The position numbers and the translations under genes are program-made. From NCBI GenBank assembly GCA_040756015.1, contig JBFMAC010000013.1, forward strand, positions 6,483-70,482: a stretch of 64,000 nt of DNA, written 5' to 3'. Below, in pieces: positions 8,691 to 17,957 of this stretch (position 1 is its first letter; each line of letters starts with the position of its first letter). This DNA comes from Pseudomonadota bacterium. GTDB taxonomy: Bacteria; Pseudomonadota; Gammaproteobacteria; Burkholderiales; JBFMAC01. Under the pieces are notes generated by a model. It saw only the letters and a list, made by a program, of their open reading frames with translations, was not told the DNA's origin and made no database searches.

Positions 8691-9539
8691 TTACAGCCAG
8701 TAGAAGTACAGGAACACCATCACGCCCGGCACCACCACCGCGAAGTTCCAATACCAGCTTGCCATCTCGATGCCGCCGTGATGCTTGGCGTCGAAATGAC
8801 CGATCATCATGCGGTACTGGCAGACCAGCAGCATGATCAGCCCAAGGGTGAGGTGGAACAGGTGCAGACCGGTCAGCGCGTAGTAGTTGGTACCGTACGC
8901 GCCGGTGCCGACATGGTGCTCACCGATGAACAGGCCGACCAGTTGCTGGGCCATGAACACCAGGCCGAACACTATCGCCAGGCACAGGCCGGAATTCATC
9001 TGGCCGCGGTTGTCCGCCTTCATGCCCTTGAGGCCCCAGTTCACCGCAATGGCCGACAACACCAGCATGGCGGTACCCACCGCCGGGCCGGTCATATCCA
9101 GCGCCTCCACCGGCCCGCCGGTCGGGCCGTTGCTCGGCCAGCCCCCCACGAAACCTGGCCACATCGATTCGAAGAAGTGGCCCGACAACCAGGGCACCGA
9201 GAACACGCGCATGTAGAACAGCGCACCGAGGAAAGCAGCAATGAACCACAATTCGGCGGCGATGTACCAGCCCATGCCGATGCGGAATGAACGGCTTTCC
9301 CAACCAGTAAACTTGCCGGCATTGTTCTCCCATGCCATGTCGGTGAGCCAGCCAATGGCGCCATAGCTGATCAACACACCGCCGATCAACATCGACAACA
9401 CCATGCCCGTGTAACCATTGGCGGTAAACACCAAACCGGCAGCGAACAAGAACAGGCCAAGGTTGACGGTCACCGGACGCATGCTGGGTTCCGGCACGAA
9501 GTAAGGCTTCCCTGTTTGCAGATTTTGCACTTCTGACAT
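8691..9539 (-). CDS. coxC: Cytochrome c oxidase subunit III (divergent)
   Basis: YFVPEPS, SFRIGMGWYIAAE, TGLHLFH and WYWNF; position in the cox operon. Confidence 0.9.
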   Translation of the reverse strand: MSEVQNLQTGKPYFVPEPSMRPVTVNLGLFLFAAGLVFTANGYTGMVLSMLIGGVLISYGAIGWLTDMAWENNAGKFTGWESRSFRIGMGWYIAAELWFIAAFLGALFYMRVFSVPWLSGHFFESMWPGFVGGWPSNGPTGGPVEALDMTGPAVGTAMLVLSAIAVNWGLKGMKADNRGQMNSGLCLAIVFGLVFMAQQLVGLFIGEHHVGTGAYGTNYYALTGLHLFHLTLGLIMLLVCQYRMMIGHFDAKHHGGIEMASWYWNFAVVVPGVMVFLYFYWL

Positions 9540-9560
9540 GTGAATCTCCCCTAAATAAAA

Positions 9561-10106
9561 CTACGAACCCTTTTTAACTGCTGTAAAGAACGCATACTGC
9601 AAGCTCAAGTTGCGGCTTTCCTTCGGAAACTCCGGACTGACGAAGAAAGTCAGCGAGAAGTTTTTTTCCTCGCCGGGCTTCAACTGCTGCTCTTTGAAGC
9701 AGAAGCAATCCAGTTTCTTAAAATGCACCGCTGCCCATCCCGGCGCCACGCTCGGCACTGCCTGCGCGCGCACATACTCGTTGCTGGTATTCTTGACGTG
9801 ATACTGGGCAACCGTGATTTCGCCGGGATGCACTTTCATGCGATTCTGCACCGGTTTGAACTCAAACGGCAGTCCCGGCATGGGCTGGCTGGTAAACTCC
9901 ACCGTCACCCAGCGGCTCTCGTCCACCTTGAGCTCCTTCACCACGTTATCGCCCACCGCACCACCGGTCTTGCCGTTGATGCCCAGCACGCGGCACATCT
10001 GCGCGTAAAACGGCACCAGTGCATAACCGAATGCCACCGCGCCCACCACCACCACCAGCAGCTTCAGGGCCAGGCGCTTGTTGGCACGCTTGAGCGCGTC
10101 ATCCAT
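9561..10106 (-). CDS. ctaG: Cytochrome c oxidase assembly protein CtaG/Cox11
   Basis: FGYALVPFY..MC...GING and FKKLDCFCF motifs. Confidence 0.95.
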   Translation of the reverse strand: MDDALKRANKRLALKLLVVVVGAVAFGYALVPFYAQMCRVLGINGKTGGAVGDNVVKELKVDESRWVTVEFTSQPMPGLPFEFKPVQNRMKVHPGEITVAQYHVKNTSNEYVRAQAVPSVAPGWAAVHFKKLDCFCFKEQQLKPGEEKNFSLTFFVSPEFPKESRNLSLQYAFFTAVKKGS

Positions 10107-10228
10107 CAACCGCCCCAATCCTTCAGGTAGGCCAGGAAATAAGCCGTCAGTGCCAATGCCGCCAACACCAAAGCCAGCACTACATTCGCCTGCTTCTTTT
10201 TCCGTTCCAGTTCCTGCTGCTCGCTCAT
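10106..10228 (-). CDS. 40-aa single-TM small protein (putative oxidase assembly or accessory subunit)
   Basis: Manual translation MSEQQELERKKKQANVVLALVLAALALTAYFLAYLKDWGG; TGATG coupling to ctaG. Not in the ORF track. Confidence 0.75.
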   Translation of the reverse strand: MSEQQELERKKKQANVVLALVLAALALTAYFLAYLKDWGG

Positions 10229-10247
10229 TTGCATTCTTCCCGTAGTC

Positions 10248-10269
10248 GGCCCGGGGTTGCCCCCGGGCC
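10248..10269 (-). other. Perfect 9-bp intergenic hairpin after coxA (possible mRNA stabiliser)
   Basis: GGCCCGGGG-gcaa-CCCCGGGCC with a GNRA loop on the minus strand; no U tract. Confidence 0.6.
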
Positions 10270-10287
10270 TGCTTACGCTATCCGCTC

Positions 10288-11886
10288 TTATTTGATCACC
10301 GGGGGGTGATCAAAGGTGTGATACGGGGGCGGCGACGGCAGGGTCCATTCCAACCCTTCCGGATTGTGATCGTCCCATACCTTGTCGGACACCTTGCGGC
10401 CTTCACGCACGCACTTGATCACGATGTAGGCGAAGATCAGCTGCGACAAGCCGTAAACATAGGCAAAGGTGCTCGACAGCATGTTGAAGTCCGCGAACTG
10501 CAACGGATAGTCGGCATAGTGACGCGGCATGCCGGCGAAGCCCAGGAAGAACTGCGGGATGAAGGTCATGTTGAAACCGATCGCCGACAGCCAGAAGTGC
10601 ACCTTGGACAGTTTTTCATCGTACATATGGCCGGTGAACTTGGGCAGGTAGTAGTATCCCGCAGCCATGAAGGCGAATATCGCACCACCCAGGAAGGTGT
10701 AGTGGAAATGCGGCACCACCACGTAGGTGTTGTGGTACTGCGCGTTCACCGCTATATCCGGCATGATCAGGCCGGTCACACCGCCCCAGCCGAACTGGAA
10801 CACGAAGGCCAGCGCGAACAGCATCGGCGTCTCGAAGGTCATCGCACCTTTCCACACCTGACCCACCCAGCAGAACGCCAAAACGCCGGTCGGGATCGAG
10901 ATCGACATGGTCGCGTACATGAAGTACAGCTCGGCTTCCAGCGGCATGCCGGAGGTCAGCATGTGGTGCGCCCACACGATATGGCCGAGGATGCCGATGC
11001 CCCAGAAACCGAACACCTGCATTTTGTAGCCATACACCGGCTTGTTGGTGAAGGTTGCCAGGATGTTGGGGATGATACCCCAAGCCGGCAACAGCACGAT
11101 ATACACTTCCGGGTGACCGAAGAACCAGAACACGTGCTGCCACAGCACCGGGTCACCGCCGCCAGCGGCGTTGAAGAAGTTGGTGCCGAAGTGGCGGTCG
11201 GTCAGCAGCATGGTCACCGCAGCGGAAAACACCGGCATCACAATGATCACCAGCACCGAAGTCACCAGCCAGGACCACACGAACAGCGGCATTTTCATCA
11301 GCGTCATGCCGGGTGCGCGCATGTTGAGCACGGTCACGATCACGTTGATCGCGCCGGTCACGGAGGAAATACCCAGCAGGTGCACCACCACGATCAGCAT
11401 GTCGGTACCGATACCGCCCTGCATGCTCAGCGAGATGTTGTGGTTGGTCCAGCCACCGCCGGGGGCGCCGTCACCGATGCCGAACAGGGTCAGGATGAAA
11501 CCGGACACCAGCAGCACTGCCGACAGGGGCAGTATCCAGAAACCCCAGTTGTTCACACGCGGCAACGCCATGTCAGGCGCACCGATCATGAGTGGGATCA
11601 GGTAGTTGTTGAAGCCGGTGGCCACCGGCATCGCTGCCGCGAACACCATCACCAGCGCATGCACCGTCACCAACTGGTTGAACAGCGCCGGGTTGAGGAA
11701 CTGCAAGCCGGGCTGGAACAGCTCCGCCCGGAAAGTCAGCGCCATCGCGCCGCCGACGAAGAAGAAGATCAGGGCCGCGCTCATGTAGAGCGTACCCAGA
11801 TCCTTGTGGTTGGTGGTGCTCAACCAGCGCTTGATGCCGGTCGGATGATCATGGTGGTGATCATCATGTATCGAAATTGCGCTCAT
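10288..11886 (-). CDS. coxA: Heme-copper oxidase subunit I, A1-type but lacking K-channel residues
   Basis: TTNHKD, TVHA, PDMALPR, WFFGHPEVY, VWAHHM and HFHY motifs. Confidence 0.95.
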   Translation of the reverse strand: MSAISIHDDHHHDHPTGIKRWLSTTNHKDLGTLYMSAALIFFFVGGAMALTFRAELFQPGLQFLNPALFNQLVTVHALVMVFAAAMPVATGFNNYLIPLMIGAPDMALPRVNNWGFWILPLSAVLLVSGFILTLFGIGDGAPGGGWTNHNISLSMQGGIGTDMLIVVVHLLGISSVTGAINVIVTVLNMRAPGMTLMKMPLFVWSWLVTSVLVIIVMPVFSAAVTMLLTDRHFGTNFFNAAGGGDPVLWQHVFWFFGHPEVYIVLLPAWGIIPNILATFTNKPVYGYKMQVFGFWGIGILGHIVWAHHMLTSGMPLEAELYFMYATMSISIPTGVLAFCWVGQVWKGAMTFETPMLFALAFVFQFGWGGVTGLIMPDIAVNAQYHNTYVVVPHFHYTFLGGAIFAFMAAGYYYLPKFTGHMYDEKLSKVHFWLSAIGFNMTFIPQFFLGFAGMPRHYADYPLQFADFNMLSSTFAYVYGLSQLIFAYIVIKCVREGRKVSDKVWDDHNPEGLEWTLPSPPPYHTFDHPPVIK

Positions 11887-11924
11887 TGTTTTCTCCTTTG
11901 GTTCCGCTAAACTTGGCTAGGCAA

Positions 11925-12785
11925 TCACATCGCTGCCGGGGCGGCTGCGGCCGGAGCGACCGGAGCCATCTTGGCCTTCTGCGCCGCGACCCATTCCTTG
12001 TACTTCTCTTCGCTCACCGCCTCCACCACGATGGGCATGAAGCTGTGGCCCTTGCCGCACAGTTGCGCGCAACGGCCGCGATAGGTGCCGGGCCTGTCGA
12101 TCTTGACCCAGGTTTCATGCAGGAAGCCGGGGATGGAATCGCGCTTGACGGCGAACTCGGGTACCCACCAGGCGTGGATCACGTCGGTAGCGGTGGTCAG
12201 GATGCGCACCTTCTTGCCCACCGGCAGCACCAGCGGATTGTCCACTTCCGCCAGATAGTGCTCACCCTTGGGCTGCTCGTTGGAAACTTGCTCCCACGGC
12301 GTGGCCATCGAGCTCACGAAGCTGATACCCTCATCCGGGTATTCGTATTGCCAACGCCACTGCGTGCCAATCACCTTGATCACCATGTCCACATCGGTGC
12401 GGGTGTCTTCCATTTCCTTCGCGGCCGAGTACGCCGGAATGCCGATGACCACATAATCAAGCAGGAACAGGATCACGAACGGGACGGATGCCCAGACGAT
12501 CTGGGAGCGGGTACGCGGACCGTCGTTGGTGATGGGGACCGCACCCTTGCTCTTGCGATGGTTGAGGATCGAGTAGATCACCACCAGCGAGGTACTAATA
12601 AACATGAACAGGACTACATACATCACCTCGTGGTGCAGGTGCAGCGTTTGCTCCGCCAAGGCCGTAGCCGGAGTCGGGAAATCATATTTCGCTTCCCCGG
12701 CTGCATGCGCCAGAAGCGGCAGCATGGCCAACAGCGCCAGCCCTCCCCGCAACGTCTTCAGCAGTTGTTTGAATTTGTCTCGCAT
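11925..12785 (-). CDS. coxB: Cytochrome c oxidase subunit II (CuA)
   Basis: QWRWQYEY, DVIHAW and CAQLCGKGHSFM; no C-terminal cytochrome c domain. Confidence 0.95.
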   Translation of the reverse strand: MRDKFKQLLKTLRGGLALLAMLPLLAHAAGEAKYDFPTPATALAEQTLHLHHEVMYVVLFMFISTSLVVIYSILNHRKSKGAVPITNDGPRTRSQIVWASVPFVILFLLDYVVIGIPAYSAAKEMEDTRTDVDMVIKVIGTQWRWQYEYPDEGISFVSSMATPWEQVSNEQPKGEHYLAEVDNPLVLPVGKKVRILTTATDVIHAWWVPEFAVKRDSIPGFLHETWVKIDRPGTYRGRCAQLCGKGHSFMPIVVEAVSEEKYKEWVAAQKAKMAPVAPAAAAPAAM

Positions 12786-12821
12786 GACATCTCCCCCTGA
12801 GTAAAAAAAACCAACCAAAAG

Positions 12822-13289
12822 CTATTCTGCCAGATGCCGCCCGAGTTGCTTGGCCAGAGCCAGCCGCTCGTCATACCTCACCATCCGGCCCAATTCGATC
12901 TCGCGGCCGTGGGAACGCAACAACAAGCGCATCCCGAACTCCCCTTCCTCGAGCACCACACGCACCCAGGCGCGCTGGAATTCGGCCTTGCACATCTTCC
13001 GTCCATCTTTTTGTTCGACGGAAACGCGATCTCCGCTTATCTCTATCCGCTCGTAATCCCCGACATGGCTGGTGATGTGGTAGAACACCACCGCCACCAC
13101 CACGATCTCCAGTCCGGAGAACGGCAAAATCAGCCACGTGCCGACGACCCACATGAAAACGATCGCCACCGTGGCAAAAAGCAAAAACATGCCCACAAAC
13201 AGCATGCGCAGACCAAGGGGGGACAATGAATTGTTACGCCGCGTTACCAGCGTGTAGTCCGAGCCCGTAATGGATTCGGTATACGGCAT
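12822..13289 (-). CDS. DUF2244 family membrane protein
   Basis: RRNNSLSP, WLILPFSGLE, DYERI and GREIELG; usual position upstream of coxB. Confidence 0.85.
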   Translation of the reverse strand: MPYTESITGSDYTLVTRRNNSLSPLGLRMLFVGMFLLFATVAIVFMWVVGTWLILPFSGLEIVVVAVVFYHITSHVGDYERIEISGDRVSVEQKDGRKMCKAEFQRAWVRVVLEEGEFGMRLLLRSHGREIELGRMVRYDERLALAKQLGRHLAE

Positions 13290-13448
13290 CCCCCAGCCTT
13301 TTTGCCGCCCACCCACAGGTGAGCCATTTTGACGCAGCCGGAAAACTAACATAGTCCGCGCGGGCTTTGCAAGCGAAATCTCGCCACCCAAGAAACCATT
13401 TTAAAAACCATTTCATGATCATGGGGATGGGGTGGCGCGGCGCGCCTT

Positions 13449-14105
13449 TCAACCATCAAAACGATCGATACACAGGAAAACTTTGACCTCTTCCGCAACC
13501 GGTGCCGCAGCAAACGGCACTACCCCCAGCAGCGGCGGCACCAGCCTTTGTTCCAGCGCCGCGATGTTTTCCGCCCACGCCGGCATGTCCGGATCGATGC
13601 GATTCGCCACCCAGCCAGCCATCGCCAAGCCGCGCCGTTCCAGCGCTTCCGCCGTCAGCAAAGCATGGTTGAGGCAACCGAGACGCATGCCGACCACCAG
13701 TACCACCGGCAACGCCAGCTTCCGCATCAGGTCGCTGCTGTCCTCGCGATCATTGAGCGGCACCAGCGCGCCGCCCACGCCTTCGACCACCACCACGTCG
13801 GCAATGGCGCCCAACTGCCGGAACGCATCGTCGATGCGGCACAAATCAATTTGCACGCCCGCCTGCCGCGCCGCCAGGTGCGGCGCGATCGGCGCCGATA
13901 GGGCATAGGGATTCACCCATGCGCACCCGGCCTCGACGTTACCCGCCGCGCGCAAGCGATCCACATCGTCACACCCGGCTGCCACCGGTTTCATCCCCAC
14001 CGCGCGCAGCCCGCGTGCAACAAAACCGCGCAGCAATGCACAACTGACCAGCGTTTTGCCCACCCCGGTGTCGGTGCCGGCGACGAAATAGCCACGCGCC
14101 ATCAT
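13449..14105 (-). CDS. bioD: Dethiobiotin synthase
   Basis: GTDTGVGKT, KPVAAG, VEGVGG and LGCLNHA motifs. Confidence 0.96.
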   Translation of the reverse strand: MMARGYFVAGTDTGVGKTLVSCALLRGFVARGLRAVGMKPVAAGCDDVDRLRAAGNVEAGCAWVNPYALSAPIAPHLAARQAGVQIDLCRIDDAFRQLGAIADVVVVEGVGGALVPLNDREDSSDLMRKLALPVVLVVGMRLGCLNHALLTAEALERRGLAMAGWVANRIDPDMPAWAENIAALEQRLVPPLLGVVPFAAAPVAEEVKVFLCIDRFDG

Positions 14106-14986
14106 GCCCGCCGCCTGGGATCAAAATGCACGATCTGCCTGCCGTCGGCGCTGACGCGCGGCCGAGGCTTCCAGGCGTGGCCGTACACCACCTCGTAAGT
14201 CGCCGGCAACCTGCCGTCGCGGCGCATCGTTTCGTAATTGCGCACCACCGCCTGCAGCACGCCCTTGCCGGTGAGGCCGCGCCGCCGCCCTTGCGTCGCG
14301 TTACGCGCGCCGATCGCCTTGAGTTCGCGCATCAGATCGAGCACTTCGGCATAGGTGAGGGTAAAGCGCTCCACGTCCATCACCGGATCGGCAAAGCCGC
14401 ATTGCAGCAGCATGTCGCCAAGGTCGTGCATATCGAAGAAACGGCTGACATGCGCGTAGCCGTCGATGCCGAGATATGCCTCGCGCAGTTCGCGCAGGGT
14501 GTCCGGACCGAAGGTGCTGAACATGAACAGCCCCTGCGGTTTCAGCACGCGCAGCACTTCGGCAAACGCCACGCGCGGATCATCGCTCCATTGCAGGGCG
14601 AAATTGGACCAGACCATATCGACGCTACGCTCGCGGATCGGCAAATGCTCGAAATCGGCGCACACCTGGGCCGGTACCGGACTCCACGGCAACCATTGCC
14701 GCCAGCCGGATGGGCGCGCCTGCCGCAGCATGGCCAGCGCGAAATCCAGCGCCACCACCTGCGCCTGCGGATAACGCCGGCGCAAATCCGCGCCGCCGCC
14801 GGTGCCGCTGCCGACATCGAGCACACACTGCGGCACGCACTTGATGTAATCGAGCCGCTCCAGCATGCGTGTACCCACTTCGCGCTGTAATACTGCCGCG
14901 GCATCGTAGCTGGATGCGGCGTGCTCGAATGAGCGCCGCACTTCGCGCTTGTCGAGCCGCAAATGATCACTCGTCGAATCGGTCAT
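14102..14986 (-). CDS. bioC: Malonyl-ACP O-methyltransferase
   Basis: YDAAAVLQREV, LDVGSGTG and ATYEVVYGHAW motifs. Confidence 0.96.
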   Translation of the reverse strand: MTDSTSDHLRLDKREVRRSFEHAASSYDAAAVLQREVGTRMLERLDYIKCVPQCVLDVGSGTGGGADLRRRYPQAQVVALDFALAMLRQARPSGWRQWLPWSPVPAQVCADFEHLPIRERSVDMVWSNFALQWSDDPRVAFAEVLRVLKPQGLFMFSTFGPDTLRELREAYLGIDGYAHVSRFFDMHDLGDMLLQCGFADPVMDVERFTLTYAEVLDLMRELKAIGARNATQGRRRGLTGKGVLQAVVRNYETMRRDGRLPATYEVVYGHAWKPRPRVSADGRQIVHFDPRRRA

Positions 14987-15734
14987 CAGCCAGCACTCTC
15001 ACAAATGCCTCCGGGTCTGACAGGAACGGCGCATGCGCCGCCCCTGTCATCACATGCAGTTTTGCCTGCGGCATATGCTGCACAAGCCAGCGCCCGGCGG
15101 CACATGGCACCAGCGCATCGCACTCGCCGTGTACCACGACTGCGGGTTGCGTGATGCGCTCCGCTTCGCCGCGCAGGTCGGTGTCGCGCAGCACGCGCAA
15201 ACCCGCATGCAGCACGTCGGCATCCGGCAGCGCTCGCGCTTTCAGCCCATCGCGCAGCGTGGCGGCGACGCTCCTTGCCGCGGCATCGCCTTGCGCCTGC
15301 AACGACATGAAGCGGCTCAGCGCCGCCGCGCCATTGTTATGCACGCCTTCGGCAAACTCATCGAACACTGCCGCGTCCATGCCGCAATCCCAGTCCGCGA
15401 GTTTGACGAAGCAAGGCGTGGTCGCCACCAGAATCAGGCGCGCCACCTGCCGCGGCGCATCCAGCGCCCAGCGCAGCGCCACCTGCCCGCCCAGCGACCA
15501 GCCGCATACCGTCACCCGCTGCGGCATGGACGCGGCAATGCTGAGCGCCAGTTCACCCAAAGTATATGGATGGCACGCCGTGCTGCCGCCATAACCGGGC
15601 AGATCGACGACGTGGACGCGGAATTTCCGCGCCAGCGCATCGCACACGCCGTCCCATACGCCGCCATGCATGCCCCAGCCGTGCAGCAACACCAGATCCG
15701 GTCCCTGCCCCGCAGTTTCGATGTGCATGCTCAT
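14967..15734 (-). CDS. bioH: Pimeloyl-ACP methyl ester esterase
   Basis: LLHGWG, DLPGYG, GWSLGG and HAPF motifs; ATGA overlap with bioF. Confidence 0.95.
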   Translation of the reverse strand: MSMHIETAGQGPDLVLLHGWGMHGGVWDGVCDALARKFRVHVVDLPGYGGSTACHPYTLGELALSIAASMPQRVTVCGWSLGGQVALRWALDAPRQVARLILVATTPCFVKLADWDCGMDAAVFDEFAEGVHNNGAAALSRFMSLQAQGDAAARSVAATLRDGLKARALPDADVLHAGLRVLRDTDLRGEAERITQPAVVVHGECDALVPCAAGRWLVQHMPQAKLHVMTGAAHAPFLSDPEAFVRVLADDRFDE

Positions 15735-16918
15735 CCGCCCTGTTGCACTCCATCCGCAGGCTGCGCTCCCAGGTCGTGCAGGGCAGCAACCAATTGCGCC
15801 ACGTCCTCGGGAGAGTGCGCGGCCGACAGCGAGATGCGCAGCCGTGCCGTGCCTGGCGGCACGGTGGGCGGGCGGATCGCCGGCACCCAGATGCCGCGCT
15901 CGCGCAAGCCATCGCTCACGCGCAACGCTTCGCAGTTGTCGCCGATGACCAGCGCCTGGATCGGCGTCGCTGACTCCAGCAGGCGCCAGCGCGCCAGCCG
16001 CAATTGCTTGCGCAATGATTGCACGAGTTCCAATACATGGGTTCTGCGCCATGATTCATCATGCATGATGCGCAAGGCGCGGCTCAGCACGTGCGCCAGC
16101 AGCGGCGGCGCCGCGGTGGTGTAGATATAGCTGCGTGCCTTCTGAAGCAAGGTCTCGATCACCTCGTGCGCACCGGCCACGAACGCGCCGGCCACGCCCG
16201 CCGCCTTGCCCAGCGTCGCCATGTAGATCACGCGCGGGGAATTCAGCCCAACTGCCGCCAACGCGCCCTTACCCTCGCCGAGTACGCCGAAGCCGTGCGC
16301 ATCGTCGACCAGCAGCCAGGCATCGTGACGTTCGCACAAGGCCAGCAACTGCGGCAACGGCGCGATATCGCCGTCCATGCTGAACACCGCATCGGTCGCC
16401 ACCAGCTTGCGGCGCCCGTCCTGCCTGTCGGTCGCCAGCATGCTTTCCAGTCTGGTCAAATCGAGATGCGGGTAGCGCCTGAACCGGGCGCGCGCGAGCA
16501 GGGCCGCATCGTTGAGCGAAGCATGGTTGAGCTTGTCGGCATACACCGTGCCATCGCGCCCGATCAAGGCCGTCACCGCCGCGAGGTTGGCAAGATAACC
16601 GGTGGAAAACAGCAACGCTTGCGGCAATCCGACGAATCGTGCGAGCTCGCTTTCCAGTTGCGCATGCGCAACGCTGTGACCGCTGACCAGGTGCGAAGCA
16701 CCCGCGCCCACCCCGTACAGGCGCGCGCCTTCGCATGCCGCCTCGACCAGTGCCGGATGATTCGCCAGACCGAGGTAATCGTTGCTGCAATAGGAGAGGT
16801 ATTCGCGCCCATCCGCACGCACGCACGCACCTTGCGGCGATTGCAGCATGCGGCGCGTGCGGCGCAGCCCTTGCGCATCGAGGCGCGCCAACTCGTCGAG
16901 CAATTGCGGATTGATCAC
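15731..16918 (-). CDS. bioF: 8-amino-7-oxononanoate synthase
   Basis: SNDYLGL, NHASL, FSMDGD, DDAHG, TLGKA and IRPPTVP motifs. Confidence 0.96.
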   Translation of the reverse strand: MINPQLLDELARLDAQGLRRTRRMLQSPQGACVRADGREYLSYCSNDYLGLANHPALVEAACEGARLYGVGAGASHLVSGHSVAHAQLESELARFVGLPQALLFSTGYLANLAAVTALIGRDGTVYADKLNHASLNDAALLARARFRRYPHLDLTRLESMLATDRQDGRRKLVATDAVFSMDGDIAPLPQLLALCERHDAWLLVDDAHGFGVLGEGKGALAAVGLNSPRVIYMATLGKAAGVAGAFVAGAHEVIETLLQKARSYIYTTAAPPLLAHVLSRALRIMHDESWRRTHVLELVQSLRKQLRLARWRLLESATPIQALVIGDNCEALRVSDGLRERGIWVPAIRPPTVPPGTARLRISLSAAHSPEDVAQLVAALHDLGAQPADGVQQGG

Positions 16919-16934
16919 GTCGCGCGGCTGGCGA

Positions 16935-17909
16935 CTACATCGGGTACATGCCGAGCCGACCCAACAGCGCGCGATCCTGCTCGGCCTGCGGGTTGGCGGT
17001 GGTTAGCAGCTTGTCACCGTAGAAAATCGAGTTCGCCCCCGCCAGGAAGCACAGCGCCTGCAATGCCTCCGGCATCGCCTCGCGCCCGGCGGAAAGCCGC
17101 ACCAGCGCTTTCGGCATGGTAATGCGCGCGCATGCGATGGTGCGCACGAATTCGAATGGGTCGATGGGGTCGGTCCCATGCAACGGCGTACCTTCCACCT
17201 GCACCAGGTTATTGATCGGCACGCTCTCCGGCTGCGGATCGAGGCTCGCCAGCGTCGCGATCAGCGCGGCGCGGCTGGTGCGCGTTTCGCCCATGCCGAC
17301 GATGCCACCGCAACATATCTTGATGCCGGCGCCGCGCACTTTGTCCAACGTGTCGAAACGTTCCGCCTGCGTGCGCGTGGTGATGATCTCACCGTAAAAC
17401 TCCGGCGCGCTGTCGAGGTTATGGTTGTAGTAGTCGAGCCCGGCATTGCGCAACTGTTCGGCCTGTCCCTCGCGCAGCATGCCCAGCGTGACACAGGTTT
17501 CCAGGCCCAGCCCGCGCACGGCATGGATCATTTCGATGATGTGATCTAGGTCACGCTGCTTGGGCCCACGCCACGCCGCGCCCATGCAGAAGCGGGTGGC
17601 ACCATTGTCCTTCGCCGCCTGCGCCGCCGCCACCACTTCGGCAACCGGCAGGATGTCGCGGCTTTCCACTCCGGCGTGATGGCGCGCCGACTGCGGACAA
17701 TAGCCGCAGTCTTCCGAACAGCCACCGGTTTTCACCGACAGCAGGGTCGACAGTTGCACCGCATTGGGATCAAAATGCTGGCGGTGTACCGTCTGCGCAC
17801 GGTAAAGCAGGTCCGCGAATGGCAAATTAAACAGCGCCTCGACCGCGGCGGTCGACCACGACGAGCTGGAAGTTTCATTCGACGTATCAGATGCAGTGCT
17901 GGTATGCAT
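16935..17909 (-). CDS. bioB: Biotin synthase
   Basis: [11 protein letters not shown] radical-SAM motif, YNHNLD and ANSIFYG. Confidence 0.97.
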   Translation of the reverse strand: MHTSTASDTSNETSSSSWSTAAVEALFNLPFADLLYRAQTVHRQHFDPNAVQLSTLLSVKTGGCSEDCGYCPQSARHHAGVESRDILPVAEVVAAAQAAKDNGATRFCMGAAWRGPKQRDLDHIIEMIHAVRGLGLETCVTLGMLREGQAEQLRNAGLDYYNHNLDSAPEFYGEIITTRTQAERFDTLDKVRGAGIKICCGGIVGMGETRTSRAALIATLASLDPQPESVPINNLVQVEGTPLHGTDPIDPFEFVRTIACARITMPKALVRLSAGREAMPEALQALCFLAGANSIFYGDKLLTTANPQAEQDRALLGRLGMYPM

Positions 17910-17957
17910 GAGGCTCTTTCCTGTAGTCCGCGTGCATGATCGGGGAAGGTGGCGCAA

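Noticed and set aside
10306-11910. 534-aa plus-strand ORF opposite coxA, and similar long ORFs at 533-1930, 7845-9290, 35190-36437, 43011-44813 and 52982-54565
   Set aside because: Antisense shadows of recognised genes caused by high-GC codon bias; no motifs.
8691-12785. Oxidase operon as a decaying pseudogene, or as a known NO reductase family
   Set aside because: No frameshifts or internal stops and all metal ligands are kept; the crosslinking Tyr and A-family scaffold are retained, unlike the NOR families I know.
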